IMG/VR virus record: IMGVR_UViG_3300038393_001279
Span: 1-39,128 of that record
Strand: one strand, 5' to 3'
DNA from: a virus
Lineage: Duplodnaviria > Caudoviricetes
DNA length: 39,128 nt
The notes under the pieces were generated by a model that worked only from the letters and a program-made list of their open reading frames with translations, was not told where the DNA came from and made no database searches. A program made the translations under genes and the position numbers. Shown here one piece after another: positions 24,138-32,727 of the stretch (the first letter of the stretch is position 1; every line of letters starts with the position of its first letter).

Positions 24138-26561
24138 TCAGGTTGTAACAGTGTTGAGCAGCGGGGCCATTTGGGCCGCGCTGTAGGCTTTGGCAATCTC
24201 GGCCGGCCCTTGGATCCGGGCGGCCTCGTGGCCAATCTTGACGAATAGCACCGGCTTGCCGCCGTCCGGTGCCACCAGGTTGTTGACGCGGCCGTGTGAG
24301 GCCAGCAATCCGGGGTGCCAGTCGTAGCCGAGGCGGACCAGCATTTCGCGGCGCTTGTTGATCGGGACGGAGCGGGCGCGGCCGTGGTCCTCGAGGAGCT
24401 TTTGCAGGGCCATAGACGAAATCCACCCGCCAGCGAAACCGGGCGCACCCTGCGCGATGGCCTCGAGGATTTCTTGCTCGACGCCGCCCAGGCTGGCCGC
24501 GACGGATTCCTCCGTGCTGGTCGTGACGGGGGCAATGTGCCCGTGCGCCGGGTTGAATTCGTCCGGGATAGGGTAGGTCTGCAAAAATTCGTTGATGATG
24601 GCGTAGCCGCCGCCACGTGCCCACGCGTACAGGCGCGGGAAGTATTGGCCGGACATGCCCCATTCGACCAGATCCTCGGCCGTTTGCTGCGCCGTGAAAA
24701 ACGGTGCGATGCGGCGGTCGTTCTTGCTCTTGCGGTAGCCGTCCTTGTGGTTGCTGTTAATCATGAAATTACAGCACACCTCACGGGAGACTTTTTTCTC
24801 GCCCTTGCCCTGGATCTGTTGCTCCTCGCCGGTAATCATCGGCTTGAGCTCCTCCATTACCTCCTGGCGGCTGTCCGCGACGTAGATGTCCTCCACGCCG
24901 ATGAACACGGTCCCATATTGCCAGTCGTTGAATTTGTCCGCGATGTCGGACGCCTTGGGGAAATACGTGTAGCGCTTGCCGACGGCGAACGCCACGCAGC
25001 GCGTGAGGAACGTTTTGCCGTTGCCCTCCACGCCCTGAATGAACGGCGCCCACTGGAATTTGATTCCCTTGTGCTGGACGATGGCCGCCATGTAGGACAG
25101 CATAATCGTGCGGTCCCGTTGGTCCGGCAGGAGCGCGGCCAGGTGGTTGAGGAATGGCGACACGTCACCTTGCATGCGCGCCGTCTCGACCGGCCACCAG
25201 AGATTGGCCTTTTTCTGGCCGTCGTAGTCGATGATGGCGCCGGGGGTCTTGTCCGGCCGGAAGCACGACGAATCGGCGCGCGGCGAGCGGAACGCCTGCG
25301 ATTGACTGAACGCCTCCCACGGGTCGCGGCTCGAGCGGTTATTGTCGAGGTCCATCATGAACGTGTAGCCGCCGAACATGACGCGGAATTGATCGGGTTT
25401 CAACAGGTAGCCCCCCGGGACCAACACGGCGTGTTTGTCGCACACGTACGAGCACCCATGGAACAGCGTGATTTGCTGCTCCGGGCCCAGGAACGTGGAG
25501 CCGGTCACGAGTTTGGCCATGGGCGCGGCGTCCGTGCTCGAGGAGCTGGCGGCGGGCGTAGGGGCGCTACTCTGGAGCGGCTCGGGGGGCGTGTCCTTTA
25601 AAACCTGGTCGTCCTGCTGCACGGCGACGGCGCCCAGGATGGTGGCGTAGACGTACGACTCGCGCGCCCACTTCTCACGTACCAGGCCGGACTGGAACAT
25701 CAGGCGGCGGATCCGCTCGCAATCCTTGCCGGTCCAGAACGCCAGGTGTTGCGCGAGCGCACGGTCGGCGCGGCTGGCGTCGTACGGGAGCGCGCCGTTA
25801 CCGTCGGGCGGGTACGCCGCGGCCAGGACGTCCACGTCACAGTGCCAGAGGTCCGCGAAGCTGGCCGCGGCGCCGAACGCTGCGCGCGCGCTGGTCGACT
25901 GCATGGCGCGGCGGAGGAGCTGCTCGTCGTCGGTCGGACCGTTCCAGCCGGGCACCGGGCCGGTGGTCCACTCGACGTCCTGGCCGGCGGCCGTCGTCAC
26001 GCGCTTGAGCCATTTTTCCGTGAGGGCGTACAGGCCCGCCGTGTGCTCCGTGGCCACGTCGCCGGTAATGCTCGTGCCGGTCAGGGCCACGAACCGCTTT
26101 TCCGTGTACAGGTCGAAAAGTTTATTCGTGATGTCCTTTTTGCGGCGGTCGGTCGGCGCGGTGCCGGTGCCGAAAAAGTGCAGGCCGCGGCCGGACTGCG
26201 AAATCTCGCACGCGGCGCCAGGCAGCGCGGCGGCCAGTTCCGCAACAATCGGCGTCCAGCGCGGCGGCGAGCCGTCGGCCGGCACCTCGAGGCAGTTGTC
26301 CACGTCGATGAAGAAAAACGGGTCCGCCTCGGTGAACACGAAGCCGACGCAGTAATCAGCGCCCCAGGCCGTGACGATGCGGCACGCCTCCGTGGAGTCC
26401 AGCCAAATGCCGGAGTCGTGGGCGTCGTGCTTTTTGCCCGTGTAGACGTTGAGCGGATATTTGAACGTTTTCCCCGGGTGCTCGGTGTCGGGGACGAGCT
26501 GGCACACGATGAATTGGCGATACCTCGCCATTGCGGCCAGTGCTGGGGGCAGCTGTTGCAT
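24138..26561 (-). CDS. NrS-1-like primase-polymerase fused to an SF3 helicase (DUF5906-like)
   Basis: AEP motifs FIDVD and EISQSGRGLH, helical-bundle motif D.S.AD.AL...LAFWTG.D..RI.RL...SGL.R.KW, and Walker A GVEGNGKT. Confidence 0.9.
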   Translation of the reverse strand: MQQLPPALAAMARYRQFIVCQLVPDTEHPGKTFKYPLNVYTGKKHDAHDSGIWLDSTEACRIVTAWGADYCVGFVFTEADPFFFIDVDNCLEVPADGSPPRWTPIVAELAAALPGAACEISQSGRGLHFFGTGTAPTDRRKKDITNKLFDLYTEKRFVALTGTSITGDVATEHTAGLYALTEKWLKRVTTAAGQDVEWTTGPVPGWNGPTDDEQLLRRAMQSTSARAAFGAAASFADLWHCDVDVLAAAYPPDGNGALPYDASRADRALAQHLAFWTGKDCERIRRLMFQSGLVREKWARESYVYATILGAVAVQQDDQVLKDTPPEPLQSSAPTPAASSSSTDAAPMAKLVTGSTFLGPEQQITLFHGCSYVCDKHAVLVPGGYLLKPDQFRVMFGGYTFMMDLDNNRSSRDPWEAFSQSQAFRSPRADSSCFRPDKTPGAIIDYDGQKKANLWWPVETARMQGDVSPFLNHLAALLPDQRDRTIMLSYMAAIVQHKGIKFQWAPFIQGVEGNGKTFLTRCVAFAVGKRYTYFPKASDIADKFNDWQYGTVFIGVEDIYVADSRQEVMEELKPMITGEEQQIQGKGEKKVSREVCCNFMINSNHKDGYRKSKNDRRIAPFFTAQQTAEDLVEWGMSGQYFPRLYAWARGGGYAIINEFLQTYPIPDEFNPAHGHIAPVTTSTEESVAASLGGVEQEILEAIAQGAPGFAGGWISSMALQKLLEDHGRARSVPINKRREMLVRLGYDWHPGLLASHGRVNNLVAPDGGKPVLFVKIGHEAARIQGPAEIAKAYSAAQMAPLLNTVTT

Positions 26562-26564
26562 GGA

Positions 26565-26867
26565 TTACGCCTTGATTGAATTTGCGGCTTCGTCGCGGAG
26601 GTCGTCGGGGGCCTTGCATGCCTCGGGGTCGCGCATGGCCAGCCCTTGGGCCAGCACGGGCAAATTGCGTTGGCGGACGGCCGCCCGCATGAGGGAACGG
26701 CGGAATTGCTGCATGGTCCCGAAGTGCAGCGAAACCGTGCCCTCCGCGACGCCGACGGCCTGCGCCAGGTCGGAGCGGGACACTTGTTGGTAGCCCTTGG
26801 CCACCGCGAGCACGAGGCCGGCGGCGATGATTTCCTCGACGCGCACGGCAGATTTTTTGTAGGTCAT
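26565..26867 (-). CDS. TetR-like HTH transcription regulator
   Basis: II.AGL.LA..KGY..VSR.DLA.AVGVA.GTVS.HFGT pattern. Confidence 0.75.
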   Translation of the reverse strand: MTYKKSAVRVEEIIAAGLVLAVAKGYQQVSRSDLAQAVGVAEGTVSLHFGTMQQFRRSLMRAAVRQRNLPVLAQGLAMRDPEACKAPDDLRDEAANSIKA

Positions 26868-26890
26868 TTTGATTTTGGCGGGTAATTTGA

Positions 26891-26924
26891 GTTGATGTTA
26901 GTCAATTCTGACGGACTCGTCAAT
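26891..26924 (-). promoter_or_regulatory. Sigma70-like promoter/operator; inverted copy of 33898-33931
   Basis: TTGACG-N17-TAACAT, containing TGACG-N4-CGTCA and TTGA-N6-TCAA palindromes. 33 of 34 bases match 33898-33931. Confidence 0.8.
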
Positions 26925-27701
26925 CGCTACGCGGCGGCTAACCTCGTGTTCTCGAAGAAACACGTTAAACGCGTAAATCGCCTGCTCGTCCGCCGAGCGC
27001 TCGAACACGGCGGCGCTGTTGTGCGCCTCCACACGGTCGGCTATTACGGCCATTCGTTGCGCCGCGGTCGGCGGGGCGTACATGCCGAATCGGGCGGTTT
27101 GGCTCTGGTTGCGCACGGCGTTGGTGCTATCCGCGCTGGCCAACGGCAAACGCGAAAAGAGGCGGGGGTCGAGCATGCGCAACCCATGGAGCTTGCAAAC
27201 GGGGCGGCCGTGCTCGTCGCATATCGCGTTGAGGGCCTCGCGCATGCGCGCCCACCAAAGGGCGGATCCCGGCGTACGAAAATCGCCGGAGCTCCCAAGC
27301 GCCACCGTGCGCCAGGCGTGCCCGAGTGCGACGAGGCGCTCCACCGGTTCGTGGAGGTGCCACACGGGCACGCCGTCGGCGCGAAGATCCGCCGGCCACT
27401 CCGCGATAAGGGCGTCGTTTTCTTCGGGCGTGCCGCCGATTACGTCGGGGATCAGCGCCCAATCGAAACCCGGGTGCCGGTGCCATTCCCGGACCCATGC
27501 GACATAGCCCGGAACGTCCAGCACGCCGCCTTTGTTCCAGATCGTAAACGCGCCGTTGTCGAGCACGAAGGATTGGCACACCTCCGCGACGACGGCCATG
27601 TCGTCCTGGCGCGGGAACGGCACGAGCGCGTGCCGCCCCGTGAGAAAGCGCGCAACGTCCTGGCGGGATCCGCTCCCAGGGGTTCCGTGGTATGGCTTCA
27701 T
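26898..27701 (-). CDS. TGT-fold DNA guanine transglycosylase (DpdA-like)
   Basis: Motifs in TGT order: LDNGAF (cf. DSGGF), IPDVI, PVWH, ALGSSG, KLHGLRML, SADST. Confidence 0.7.
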   Translation of the reverse strand: MKPYHGTPGSGSRQDVARFLTGRHALVPFPRQDDMAVVAEVCQSFVLDNGAFTIWNKGGVLDVPGYVAWVREWHRHPGFDWALIPDVIGGTPEENDALIAEWPADLRADGVPVWHLHEPVERLVALGHAWRTVALGSSGDFRTPGSALWWARMREALNAICDEHGRPVCKLHGLRMLDPRLFSRLPLASADSTNAVRNQSQTARFGMYAPPTAAQRMAVIADRVEAHNSAAVFERSADEQAIYAFNVFLREHEVSRRVAIDESVRID

Positions 27702-27946
27702 TTACAAACGGTCTTGATGTCCACGCCGTGATGGTGCGCGGTCAGAGTCAGGACGCCTCCGAACCGGCCGAACAGGTTAGCGGCGATGTCCTCGTGATAG
27801 CCGCGCCGGTGCAGGGCGCACGCCGTAACAATGTGCTCCACCATGATTTGCCTGGACGTTTCGATTTCCAGCAGATAGGCGATTACCTGGCCGTTATTTG
27901 GGCACTCTGCAAAGAAGCGATGCGAATACGTGTGTGTCATGCTCAC
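27698..27946 (-). CDS. Single T-fold protein, QueF-like (QueF-L type)
   Basis: F.AECP...Y...I...IMVE....YHEDIA...GVDIKT. It lacks the QueF NADPH-binding E(S/L)KSxK motif. Start is GTG 27946 or ATG 27940, and it is coupled to both neighbours. Confidence 0.65.
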   Translation of the reverse strand: MSMTHTYSHRFFAECPNNGQVIAYLLEIETSRQIMVEHIVTACALHRRGYHEDIAANLFGRFGGVLTLTAHHHGVDIKTVCK

Positions 27947-28419
27947 AATGAGCCCTCCCCGGAACAGAACGAGGCGTCCCCGCCCACGGACAAAATGAGT
28001 TGTGCCCACGCCAGCTGTGCCACTTCGCGCGGCGTGGCCGAGTAGCGCCACCCTTTTTCCTTCACCTCGCGGGACACGAATTGGCCGATGGTTTGGCCGA
28101 CGTGCTGGGGGCCGATCAGCACCGGCCGCACGCCGATAAGGTCGCCGGATTTCAGCACCTTGTTTTCCGCCGCGGTGGTGTTGGCCAGGCCGTACCGCAC
28201 CGGGACGCCGCGCTCGTCGGTCAGGGCGCCCACGTTGTTGCGCCAGAGGTAGACGCCCTTGCGGGACGCCTCGAGGCGCACGACGGCTTGGACGGCCGCC
28301 TCGCTCTCGCCGCCCTTTTCCGGCATGTAGTCGCCGCCGTTGAGGCGCAGGCGCTCGCGCAGATCCGCCAACGCGGCATACGGCACGCCCCAGGCCACGG
28401 CCCAAGATTCGAGGTCCAT
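27943..28419 (-). CDS. VRR-NUC (PD-(D/E)xK) nuclease
   Basis: SEAAVQ..VRL.AS..G..LWRNNVG...RYGL...SGDLIG...SREVK...Q..W. Start ATG 28419. Confidence 0.85.
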   Translation of the reverse strand: MDLESWAVAWGVPYAALADLRERLRLNGGDYMPEKGGESEAAVQAVVRLEASRKGVYLWRNNVGALTDERGVPVRYGLANTTAAENKVLKSGDLIGVRPVLIGPQHVGQTIGQFVSREVKEKGWRYSATPREVAQLAWAQLILSVGGDASFCSGEGSL

Positions 28420-28664
28420 CAGATGGCCTCCTTCAATGCGATGAGCGCGGCGGCGCCCGAGACGGTCAGTTCGGCCGGCACGTGGCCGATACGGCCGCCC
28501 CACGTGATGAGGCCGAGGCGCTCGGCGGCCGCCGTGTCGAGTTTCTGGTCGCGGCGGGTCGGGCGGCCGTCCCATTGCAACGTAAATCGTTCGTAGCCGA
28601 ACCGCGTCAAGCGGCCGGCCTGGACGTCCGCGAGGAACGCCCGGAGACGTTCGGCGGACATCAT
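28419..28664 (-). CDS. Hypothetical protein
   Basis: 81 aa, coupled to neighbours. Confidence 0.55.
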   Translation of the reverse strand: MMSAERLRAFLADVQAGRLTRFGYERFTLQWDGRPTRRDQKLDTAAAERLGLITWGGRIGHVPAELTVSGAAALIALKEAI

Positions 28665-28885
28665 CCCGCGTATCCCCCGCGCTTGGCCGCCTCGAGGTTG
28701 TGGTCGATGGCGCGGCGCACCGTCACGGTGGGGGAATAGCGGCCCATGGCCGGCGGGAAGTCCGCCACCTGGTCGACGGTGGAGACGAGGCCGAGGCGCA
28801 CGCAGCGGACCACGGCGGCCGTGAGGGCGGCCACGGCGTCGGCTTCGGTTTGGGTCAGGTCTTGCGCGAGGAGGTCGAGTTTCAT
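28661..28885 (-). CDS. Hypothetical protein
   Basis: 74 aa with an AAGGA RBS. Confidence 0.55.
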   Translation of the reverse strand: MKLDLLAQDLTQTEADAVAALTAAVVRCVRLGLVSTVDQVADFPPAMGRYSPTVTVRRAIDHNLEAAKRGGYAG

Positions 28886-28895
28886 GATGCTTCCT

Positions 28896-30668
28896 TTACA
28901 GGGGGGTTGCGGCCACGTCGATACCGAACGGGGCCAGGTGGTTGTGGAGCTTGAGCCAGAGGTCGGACGCCTCGCGCGCCCCGAGCGTTTGTGCGGTCGC
29001 GGCGTCGGTGCCGAACGTGAAATAAAAACGGCGGTACTGCTCGGAGAGGTCGGCGCGTCCGCGCGCGGCCTCGAACCCGGACCACCATTGCATGGCGAGC
29101 CGGAGTTTTTCTTGTGCCTGTTGGCGGTCCCAATGCCGACGCCGGATGCTCAGGGCCACCACGTCATTGCCCTTTGCCACCTCGTCGGCCGGCACCATGA
29201 TTGCGGCCGCCTTGGCGCGCCATGCCTCGAGCGCGGCCGGCTCGAGCTCGAACACGTCGCCGTCGACCATGGCCGGGACGGTGCGCTCGGGCGGCTCCGG
29301 ATAGTGGCCGCAGTACGGGCACGCACGGAACACGCGTTCGTAAGTTTTGGCGCAGGCCACGCCGGTGCCCTTTACGTCCTTGTTGAGACACACACGCGTG
29401 GGGATTGCGTCGGTGCTCGAGGAGCCGCGCGAGCTGCGCGCGTCCAGGCTCCAGGAGACGCGGAAATCCGGCGGGCCGTTGTGCCGCTCGACGTTGCCCA
29501 CCATGTCGATGAGCCACATATACGGCTTGGCCGAAATGGAAATCATGTAACGGCGCTGCTCGTCCGTGTACTCGTCCCATCGTGCTTGCCACTCCTCGGG
29601 GATCTCGAGGCGGGCGCCGCGGCCCCACTGTTGGCAGTACAGGGAAAAGGACTCCGTGTGGCGGGCCATGATTACGCCGTCGATGCTCGGGAGGTCGAAA
29701 CCCTCCCCGAACAGGTCGACATTGACCAGGACGCGCAGCTCGCCGGACTCCAGGCGCGCGACGGCGTTGTCGCGGATTTCGTCGTCCGTCTCGCCGTTCA
29801 CGGCCTCCGCCGGAATCCCGGCCTCGCGGAACGTGCGTGCGGTCTTGGTGGCCTCCTCGACGTCCACGCAGAACACGACGGCGCGTTTGCCGTCCAGGTA
29901 TTTGCGGTACGCCTTCACGATGTCGCCGCAAATGGTCTTGGACTCGTGGAACGCCTCGGCCAGCTCGCGCTGGATGAATTCGCCGGTGTTCTCGGACACG
30001 CGCACCTTGGCGATGTTGATGTCCGTCTCCGGCATGGCGACGCGGTAGTCGACCAGGTAGCCCATATTGATGGCGTCGCGCATGGTCGGGCCCAGCACCA
30101 TGAAATCCGCGAAGCCGTGCGCGTGGCGGCCCAGCCCTTTACCGTCGGCGCGGCACGGCGTCGCCGTCACGAGCAGGCCGCGTGCGTTGGGGAACTTGGC
30201 CACGCCTTTGCCCCATTTGTTATCTCGTAAAAAGTGGTGCCCCTCGTCGCCTACCCATAGGCGCACCGTGGGGAGCCAGGCCGCCTCCGGATCCGTCGGG
30301 CCGATGTTGTTTAACGTGTCGATGCCGGCCACGGCGCATTTGGCGTTGGGGTCGACAAAGTGGCGTTTCAGTTTCTTGAGCTGGAGCCGCTGGCAATGCT
30401 TGCGCGCCTGTTTCGAGCCGATGATCCGATGCCGCACGCCGTTGCGCGCCAGCGCCAGCGCGATTTGGGACACGATTTCCTTGCGGTGCGCGATGGCGCA
30501 GGACGCGCCCGGCTCTTTCCGGATGACTTCGGAGAACGTCACGGTTTTACCGGTGCCCGTGGGCGACACGGCCAGCACCACCGCGTTGGGATTGGCGGGG
30601 AGCAGCTGCGCCCAGGCGGCGTGGATTTCGGCGTCTAGCTTGGATTGATAAGGGCGGAGCTTCGGCAC
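28896..30668 (-). CDS. SF2 DExH helicase (RadD/ResIII-like) with a C-terminal zinc finger
   Basis: LRPYQ, PTGTGKT, DEGHH, TATP, EGFDLP, QQWGRGAR and CPYCG motifs. Likely GTG start at 30668. Confidence 0.9.
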   Translation of the reverse strand: MPKLRPYQSKLDAEIHAAWAQLLPANPNAVVLAVSPTGTGKTVTFSEVIRKEPGASCAIAHRKEIVSQIALALARNGVRHRIIGSKQARKHCQRLQLKKLKRHFVDPNAKCAVAGIDTLNNIGPTDPEAAWLPTVRLWVGDEGHHFLRDNKWGKGVAKFPNARGLLVTATPCRADGKGLGRHAHGFADFMVLGPTMRDAINMGYLVDYRVAMPETDINIAKVRVSENTGEFIQRELAEAFHESKTICGDIVKAYRKYLDGKRAVVFCVDVEEATKTARTFREAGIPAEAVNGETDDEIRDNAVARLESGELRVLVNVDLFGEGFDLPSIDGVIMARHTESFSLYCQQWGRGARLEIPEEWQARWDEYTDEQRRYMISISAKPYMWLIDMVGNVERHNGPPDFRVSWSLDARSSRGSSSTDAIPTRVCLNKDVKGTGVACAKTYERVFRACPYCGHYPEPPERTVPAMVDGDVFELEPAALEAWRAKAAAIMVPADEVAKGNDVVALSIRRRHWDRQQAQEKLRLAMQWWSGFEAARGRADLSEQYRRFYFTFGTDAATAQTLGAREASDLWLKLHNHLAPFGIDVAATPL

Positions 30669-30691
30669 GTTGAGGTTGCGTAGAAAAAATG

Positions 30692-30734
30692 TTGACGGAG
30701 CCGTCAGAATATCATTACTATTGACGCTCATCAA
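30692..30734. promoter_or_regulatory. Overlapping divergent promoters with palindromic operators
   Basis: Plus: TTGACG-N18-TACTAT (30692-30721). Minus: TTGATG-N17-TATTCT (30734-30706). TGACG-GAGC-CGTCA at 30693-30706 and TTGA-N6-TCAA at 30721-30734. Confidence 0.75.
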
Positions 30735-30755
30735 TTATTTTTGGGAATTTTCCAC

Positions 30756-31799
30756 ATGATCCGTTTGAACCTCGAAATCCAAGATCCGAGCCGCTCGGAC
30801 TCCGCCAAGCTGCTGGCCCTGGCGGCCCTGTTCACGTCCCTGGCGCAAGGCGACAAAGCCGACCAGGCCCGCGCCGCGCTGGAGGATAAAGTCGGCGGCC
30901 GCGTCGTTGGCACCAATCCGGGCATGGCCGCGCCGTACGGCACGCCGGGCGCCGTGACGCTGGCCAGCCACGCGCAGCTGGACCCGGCCGACAATCCCGC
31001 CGCCGGCATCCCGTCCCCGTCGGAGGCGTTCGGCGTGGGAAACGACGCGGCCGCCTCGGGTTCTGCATCTTCCCAATCGAATGCGTCGACGAGTGTGGGC
31101 TCGGATGCTGCGGCGCTCCCGGATCCGGCGGCCGTGTTCGCGGGTAGCGCGGGAAACGCGGCCCCCTTGACGCCGCCGGCTGGCACGCCGCCCGCACCGC
31201 CCAGTGGCGCGCAAACGGCTGGGGCGTCTACCCCGGCGAGCGGCGCCGTTGAGCTGGACGCCGAGGGCCTCCCGTGGGACGCGACGATTAATGCACTCGG
31301 CGCCGACGGTGGCCACCCGAAAACGGCGGACGGTAAATGGAAGAAAAAGCGCGGCGTGGGGGAAACCTACCTGAACGAGCGCAAAGCGATGCTCCGCGCG
31401 GCGCTGGCAGCGGGAAACGGCGCGGCTCCGGCTGGCGCGCCTGCTACGCCTCCGGCCAATGTGCCGGCGCCGCCGCCGGCTGGTGCTGGTGCGCCCGTTC
31501 CGCCCCCGCCGCCAGTGACGCCGCCGAGCACGGCGGGAAACGTGACCCCTACGCCGCAAGCATCGCAGCAGACTACGAACGGCGCGGCCGTCTCTAGCAC
31601 CGGCACCGTGACCATGGCGCAGCTGCTCCCGCGCGTGACGGCGGCCATTACGGCGGGCCTGCTCACGCCGGACAGCGCGGCCGGCATTGCGAAAGAAATC
31701 TCCGGCGGATCCATCGACAACGTGGCCATGTTCGCCGTGCGCCCCGACCTGGTGCCGGTGTTCTGGCAGCGCCTCGACGTGCTCGGGATCCCGGCATGA
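30756..31799 (+). CDS. Ala/Pro-rich conserved protein of the replication module
   Basis: Small globular motif ELD.EG.PWD..I........TADG.WKKK.GV within low-complexity linkers. Start ATG 30756. Confidence 0.7.
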   Translation: MIRLNLEIQDPSRSDSAKLLALAALFTSLAQGDKADQARAALEDKVGGRVVGTNPGMAAPYGTPGAVTLASHAQLDPADNPAAGIPSPSEAFGVGNDAAASGSASSQSNASTSVGSDAAALPDPAAVFAGSAGNAAPLTPPAGTPPAPPSGAQTAGASTPASGAVELDAEGLPWDATINALGADGGHPKTADGKWKKKRGVGETYLNERKAMLRAALAAGNGAAPAGAPATPPANVPAPPPAGAGAPVPPPPPVTPPSTAGNVTPTPQASQQTTNGAAVSSTGTVTMAQLLPRVTAAITAGLLTPDSAAGIAKEISGGSIDNVAMFAVRPDLVPVFWQRLDVLGIPA

Positions 31800-32311
31800 T
31801 GCACGCGCCCGAAATGTCGCCGTCCTTGGACGATGCACTCCGGGCGCTGGACGGCGCCAGCGTGAACGGCGTAATCAGCGCCGCGCAGCTGGCCGCCGTA
31901 CGCGGTTTCCTCGAGCAGCTGGACGAGGTGCGCAACGTGCCGCCCATGATCGTGGGCCGCGCCGTGGCCGAGCTCCTCGAGGGCGCGTACCTGGCCGGCG
32001 CACGGTGCCCGGACGAATCCGGCCGCATGCTGGTCATGAGTGTGCCCGCGTTCGTGCAGCTGTCCGCCCCGTTGGCCGTGCGCTCGCCGCGCGCCTCCTG
32101 GTTGGCCCGTGCGTGTGACGTGCTCGAGGCGTCCGTCCTGCGCCGCCCCCTGGCGTACATGGCGGCCGGTTGCGCGGTGGCGTCGCTCGTTTCCGCCCTG
32201 GTCGACCACGACGCCGCGGCCGCGGCGTGGCTCGCGTTCGGCGCCGCCGGTTGGCTCCTGCTCGAGTATGTCGTCGCCCCCATGTTTTACACCACGAAAA
32301 AAGGCCCCTGA
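31796..32311 (+). CDS. Hypothetical protein with C-terminal membrane helices
   Basis: ATGA-coupled, with two hydrophobic segments. Confidence 0.55.
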   Translation: MMHAPEMSPSLDDALRALDGASVNGVISAAQLAAVRGFLEQLDEVRNVPPMIVGRAVAELLEGAYLAGARCPDESGRMLVMSVPAFVQLSAPLAVRSPRASWLARACDVLEASVLRRPLAYMAAGCAVASLVSALVDHDAAAAAWLAFGAAGWLLLEYVVAPMFYTTKKGP

Positions 32312-32313
32312 TA

Positions 32314-32727
32314 ATGCCCACGAAACGCCCGCCCCCGCCGGCCCTCTCTTACGTGCTCCGCACGCCCACCCTGCGCACCGAATATAAGGGCGCTCACGCC
32401 GAGGGCCTCGAGCACCTGTTCGTGTCGCTCCCCGACGCGCTGGCCCGCCGAAAAATGATTGACCGTCTCGAGAAAACGCACGCCAAATTGCTGGCGCGCG
32501 AGTCGGGTCCGGACGTCGACCAATCCACGGCCGCCCAGGCCGCGGCGCTGGCCAGTCAGGTGCACCCGGATAGCGCGCTCCCGTCGGCCGCTCCGTTGCA
32601 CAGCTGCGCGGCGAACCGTGACGGCGAGTGCGGGCACCCGCATTGTCCCCAGCTGCGCGACAACGAGCCCGCCACGTCGGGCCGCCATTGCCCCCTGGAC
32701 CACGAGCGCAAGGACGACGCGAAATGA
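32314..32727 (+). CDS. Hypothetical protein with a C-terminal Cys/His cluster
   Basis: Start ATG 32314; ends with CAANRDGECGHPHCPQLRD.EP...GRHCPLD. Confidence 0.6.
   Translation: MPTKRPPPPALSYVLRTPTLRTEYKGAHAEGLEHLFVSLPDALARRKMIDRLEKTHAKLLARESGPDVDQSTAAQAAALASQVHPDSALPSAAPLHSCAANRDGECGHPHCPQLRDNEPATSGRHCPLDHERKDDAK

Noticed and set aside
23336-24616. The 426-aa ORF as called in the track
   Set aside because: The first 166 codons overlap the primase gene; an RBS-supported start lies at 24118.
26898-27701. Canonical tRNA-modifying Tgt
   Set aside because: It is shorter, lacks the C-terminal CxCxxC zinc site of bacterial Tgt, and sits among DNA replication genes, so a DNA-acting DpdA-like role fits better.
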